1,123 nucleotides of DNA, from NCBI RefSeq assembly GCF_003334355.1, contig NZ_QOWP01000097.1. The stretch is one strand, 5' to 3'. The stretch's first letter is position 1, and each line of letters starts with the position of its first letter. The notes under the pieces were generated by a model, which was given only the letters and a program-made list of their open reading frames with translations, made no database searches and was not told the origin of the DNA. Below are positions 1-1,123 of this stretch, in pieces. Made by a program: the position numbers and the translations under genes. This stretch comes from Escherichia coli (GTDB taxonomy: Bacteria > Pseudomonadota > Gammaproteobacteria > Enterobacterales > Enterobacteriaceae).

Positions 1-1100
1 TAGTTTCTGTCCATGGCTGCTTTTCGCATCTTACGTCTTAACCCTGCCTTGAATACCTTATCATTCGTCAAAATATTAATAGCAATGTGCCGTATCCCTG
101 AAAATAATTCTGCTGCATTTCCTCTTCTTATTTTGCAGTCGTCTTCATTCATTACCACGTCCAGACGCCAGTGCAGCTTATTCTCCACGTGCCAGTGATT
201 TCGGATCGCTGTGGCGAATTTCTCAGCGGTTAAATCAGCAGAACTGATATAATATCTGACCGTTATTTCTGGCTCTTTCTTTTGTTCTGCTATTATGGAC
301 CGAAAGGAGACTGCCACGCATAATTTCTTCAGCCCTTTCCATTCAAACGTGAAATCAATAAGTTCATCAGGGACATCGCAAACAATATGAAGACGGATTT
401 CTTCTCTGCCGTGACTCTTTTCACTCATTGCGTAACTGTCATGCTCTGGATTATTTAATTCTTTCAGCGGAAATTTTTCCTCAAAGGCTTTATTTAGCCG
501 CCCCTGGTTTCCTTTTACCGCGAATAAATAATCACCTCCCTGTTTTTGTATCTTCTCTGCAATATCTTTCTGGCAACCCATCGCATCAGTTGTGATGATT
601 TTTCCTTTAATATCCAGCATGTTAAGAAGTTCTGGGATAGCTGTAATCTCATTAGATTTCTCATCCGTCTTGATCTGTCCGATGACCAGACTGTGCATTG
701 TTGAGAACGCACTAATGACATGAATCGCTCCCCTGCGGCGACTCTTGTCATAAGAGTGCCGGAGCGTTTTTCCATCAATTGCAATGACGTCTTTATCATC
801 TGAAGAATGGCAGTCACGCATCCAGTTAATAAAGCACTCGTGAAATTTTGCAGGACTGATACAGGATACAACTCTGGCAATGGTATCGTGAACAGGAATA
901 CCATTTTCAAAATCACCATATTGCTTCAAAAAATCGAGATGTGTTTCCCCAAAATCCTCTATATCTTCCCAACCTTCTGCACCAGAAATAACGGCACAAA
1001 TAGTCAACAGTAGAATATCCGATAATTTATGTTCCACTTTCCAGGGTTGTCTGTAATCGGGGATAATAGAAATATGTTCCATCAATTTTTTAAGTTCCAT
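1..1100 (-). CDS. ISAs1-family DDE transposase (H-repeat-associated protein, H-rpt; YhhI/YdcC-like), 3' end truncated by window edge
   Basis: Hand translation of the reverse complement from the ATG at 1100..1098 gives an uninterrupted 366-codon frame: [366 protein letters not shown], followed by a partial codon TA at positions 2..1. From memory this closely resembles the E. coli H-repeat proteins (ISAs1 family), including the [15 protein letters not shown] and NHWHVEN motifs. I cannot tell which paralog it is, so no gene symbol is given. No stop codon is in the window; the C-terminus lies beyond position 1. Confidence 0.9.
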   Translation of the reverse strand, partial: MELKKLMEHISIIPDYRQPWKVEHKLSDILLLTICAVISGAEGWEDIEDFGETHLDFLKQYGDFENGIPVHDTIARVVSCISPAKFHECFINWMRDCHSSDDKDVIAIDGKTLRHSYDKSRRRGAIHVISAFSTMHSLVIGQIKTDEKSNEITAIPELLNMLDIKGKIITTDAMGCQKDIAEKIQKQGGDYLFAVKGNQGRLNKAFEEKFPLKELNNPEHDSYAMSEKSHGREEIRLHIVCDVPDELIDFTFEWKGLKKLCVAVSFRSIIAEQKKEPEITVRYYISSADLTAEKFATAIRNHWHVENKLHWRLDVVMNEDDCKIRRGNAAELFSGIRHIAINILTNDKVFKAGLRRKMRKAAMDRN

Positions 1101-1106
1101 TTTGTT

Positions 1107-1112
1107 CTCCTT
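1107..1112 (-). promoter_or_regulatory. Shine-Dalgarno ribosome-binding site for the transposase gene
   Basis: On the minus strand the sequence reads AAGGAG (plus-strand ctcctt at 1107..1112), followed by a 6-nt spacer (AACAAA) and the ATG at 1100..1098. This is canonical SD spacing. Confidence 0.65.
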
Positions 1113-1123
1113 AATTATGTAAG

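Larger units (their letters stand above)
1..1123 (-). mobile_element. Internal portion of an ISAs1-family insertion sequence (H-rpt element); both termini outside the window
   Basis: The window is filled by the transposase ORF plus 23 bp of 5' leader. ISAs1-family elements are about 1.2-1.3 kb with short terminal inverted repeats, so the IRs and any target-site duplication must lie beyond both edges. Composition is AT-rich: hand counts of four 60-nt lines gave roughly 33-52% GC, averaging about 40%. Confidence 0.8.

Noticed and set aside
13-198. 61-aa plus-strand ORF from the supplied track
   Set aside because: Antisense to the C-terminal part of the transposase gene, short, with no SD upstream of the ATG (tagtttctgtcc precedes it). 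Consistent with a chance ORF.
515-919. 134-aa minus-strand ORF from the supplied track ([10 protein letters not shown]...)
   Set aside because: It lies entirely inside the transposase gene on the same strand, shifted one base from the transposase reading frame. No Shine-Dalgarno precedes its ATG, and I recognise no protein family in its basic, low-complexity product. Most likely a chance open frame. Ribosome profiling or conservation of this frame across diverged H-rpt copies would be needed to revive it.
807-1013. 68-aa plus-strand ORF from the supplied track
   Set aside because: Antisense to the N-terminal region of the transposase gene, with no convincing RBS and no recognisable product. 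Consistent with a chance ORF.
1114-1119. CATAAT hexamer (minus strand) resembling a sigma70 -10 box upstream of the transposase start
   Set aside because: It is only about 13 nt upstream of the ATG and directly abuts the SD, so a transcript started from it would lack an intact RBS. The real promoter is probably further upstream, outside the window, possibly partly within the IS terminus. Single hexamer matches are common in AT-rich DNA.
1-1123. Possibility of a novel or undescribed system, RNA gene, CRISPR array or repeat structure in the window
   Set aside because: The sequence is accounted for by one well-known IS transposase gene and its leader. I found no tandem or inverted repeat structure, no tRNA-like or rRNA-like segments, and no room for additional genes.

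Overview
Almost the whole window is the coding region of one gene on the minus strand: an ISAs1-family DDE transposase of the H-repeat (H-rpt) type found in Enterobacteriaceae. I translated the reverse complement by hand. The ATG is at 1100..1098, preceded by an AAGGAG Shine-Dalgarno, and the frame stays open for 366 codons until it runs off the left edge at position 1; homologs I recall are about 378 aa, so only a few C-terminal codons and the stop are missing. The supplied ORF track omits this gene, probably because the ORF has no in-window stop. The three ORFs it does list are alternate-frame or antisense ORFs nested inside the transposase gene, and I regard them as artefacts. Both IS ends (terminal inverted repeats, target-site duplication) and all flanking context lie outside the window. 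I see no RNA genes, CRISPR arrays or tandem repeats, and no evidence of a novel system here: this is a known insertion sequence family.
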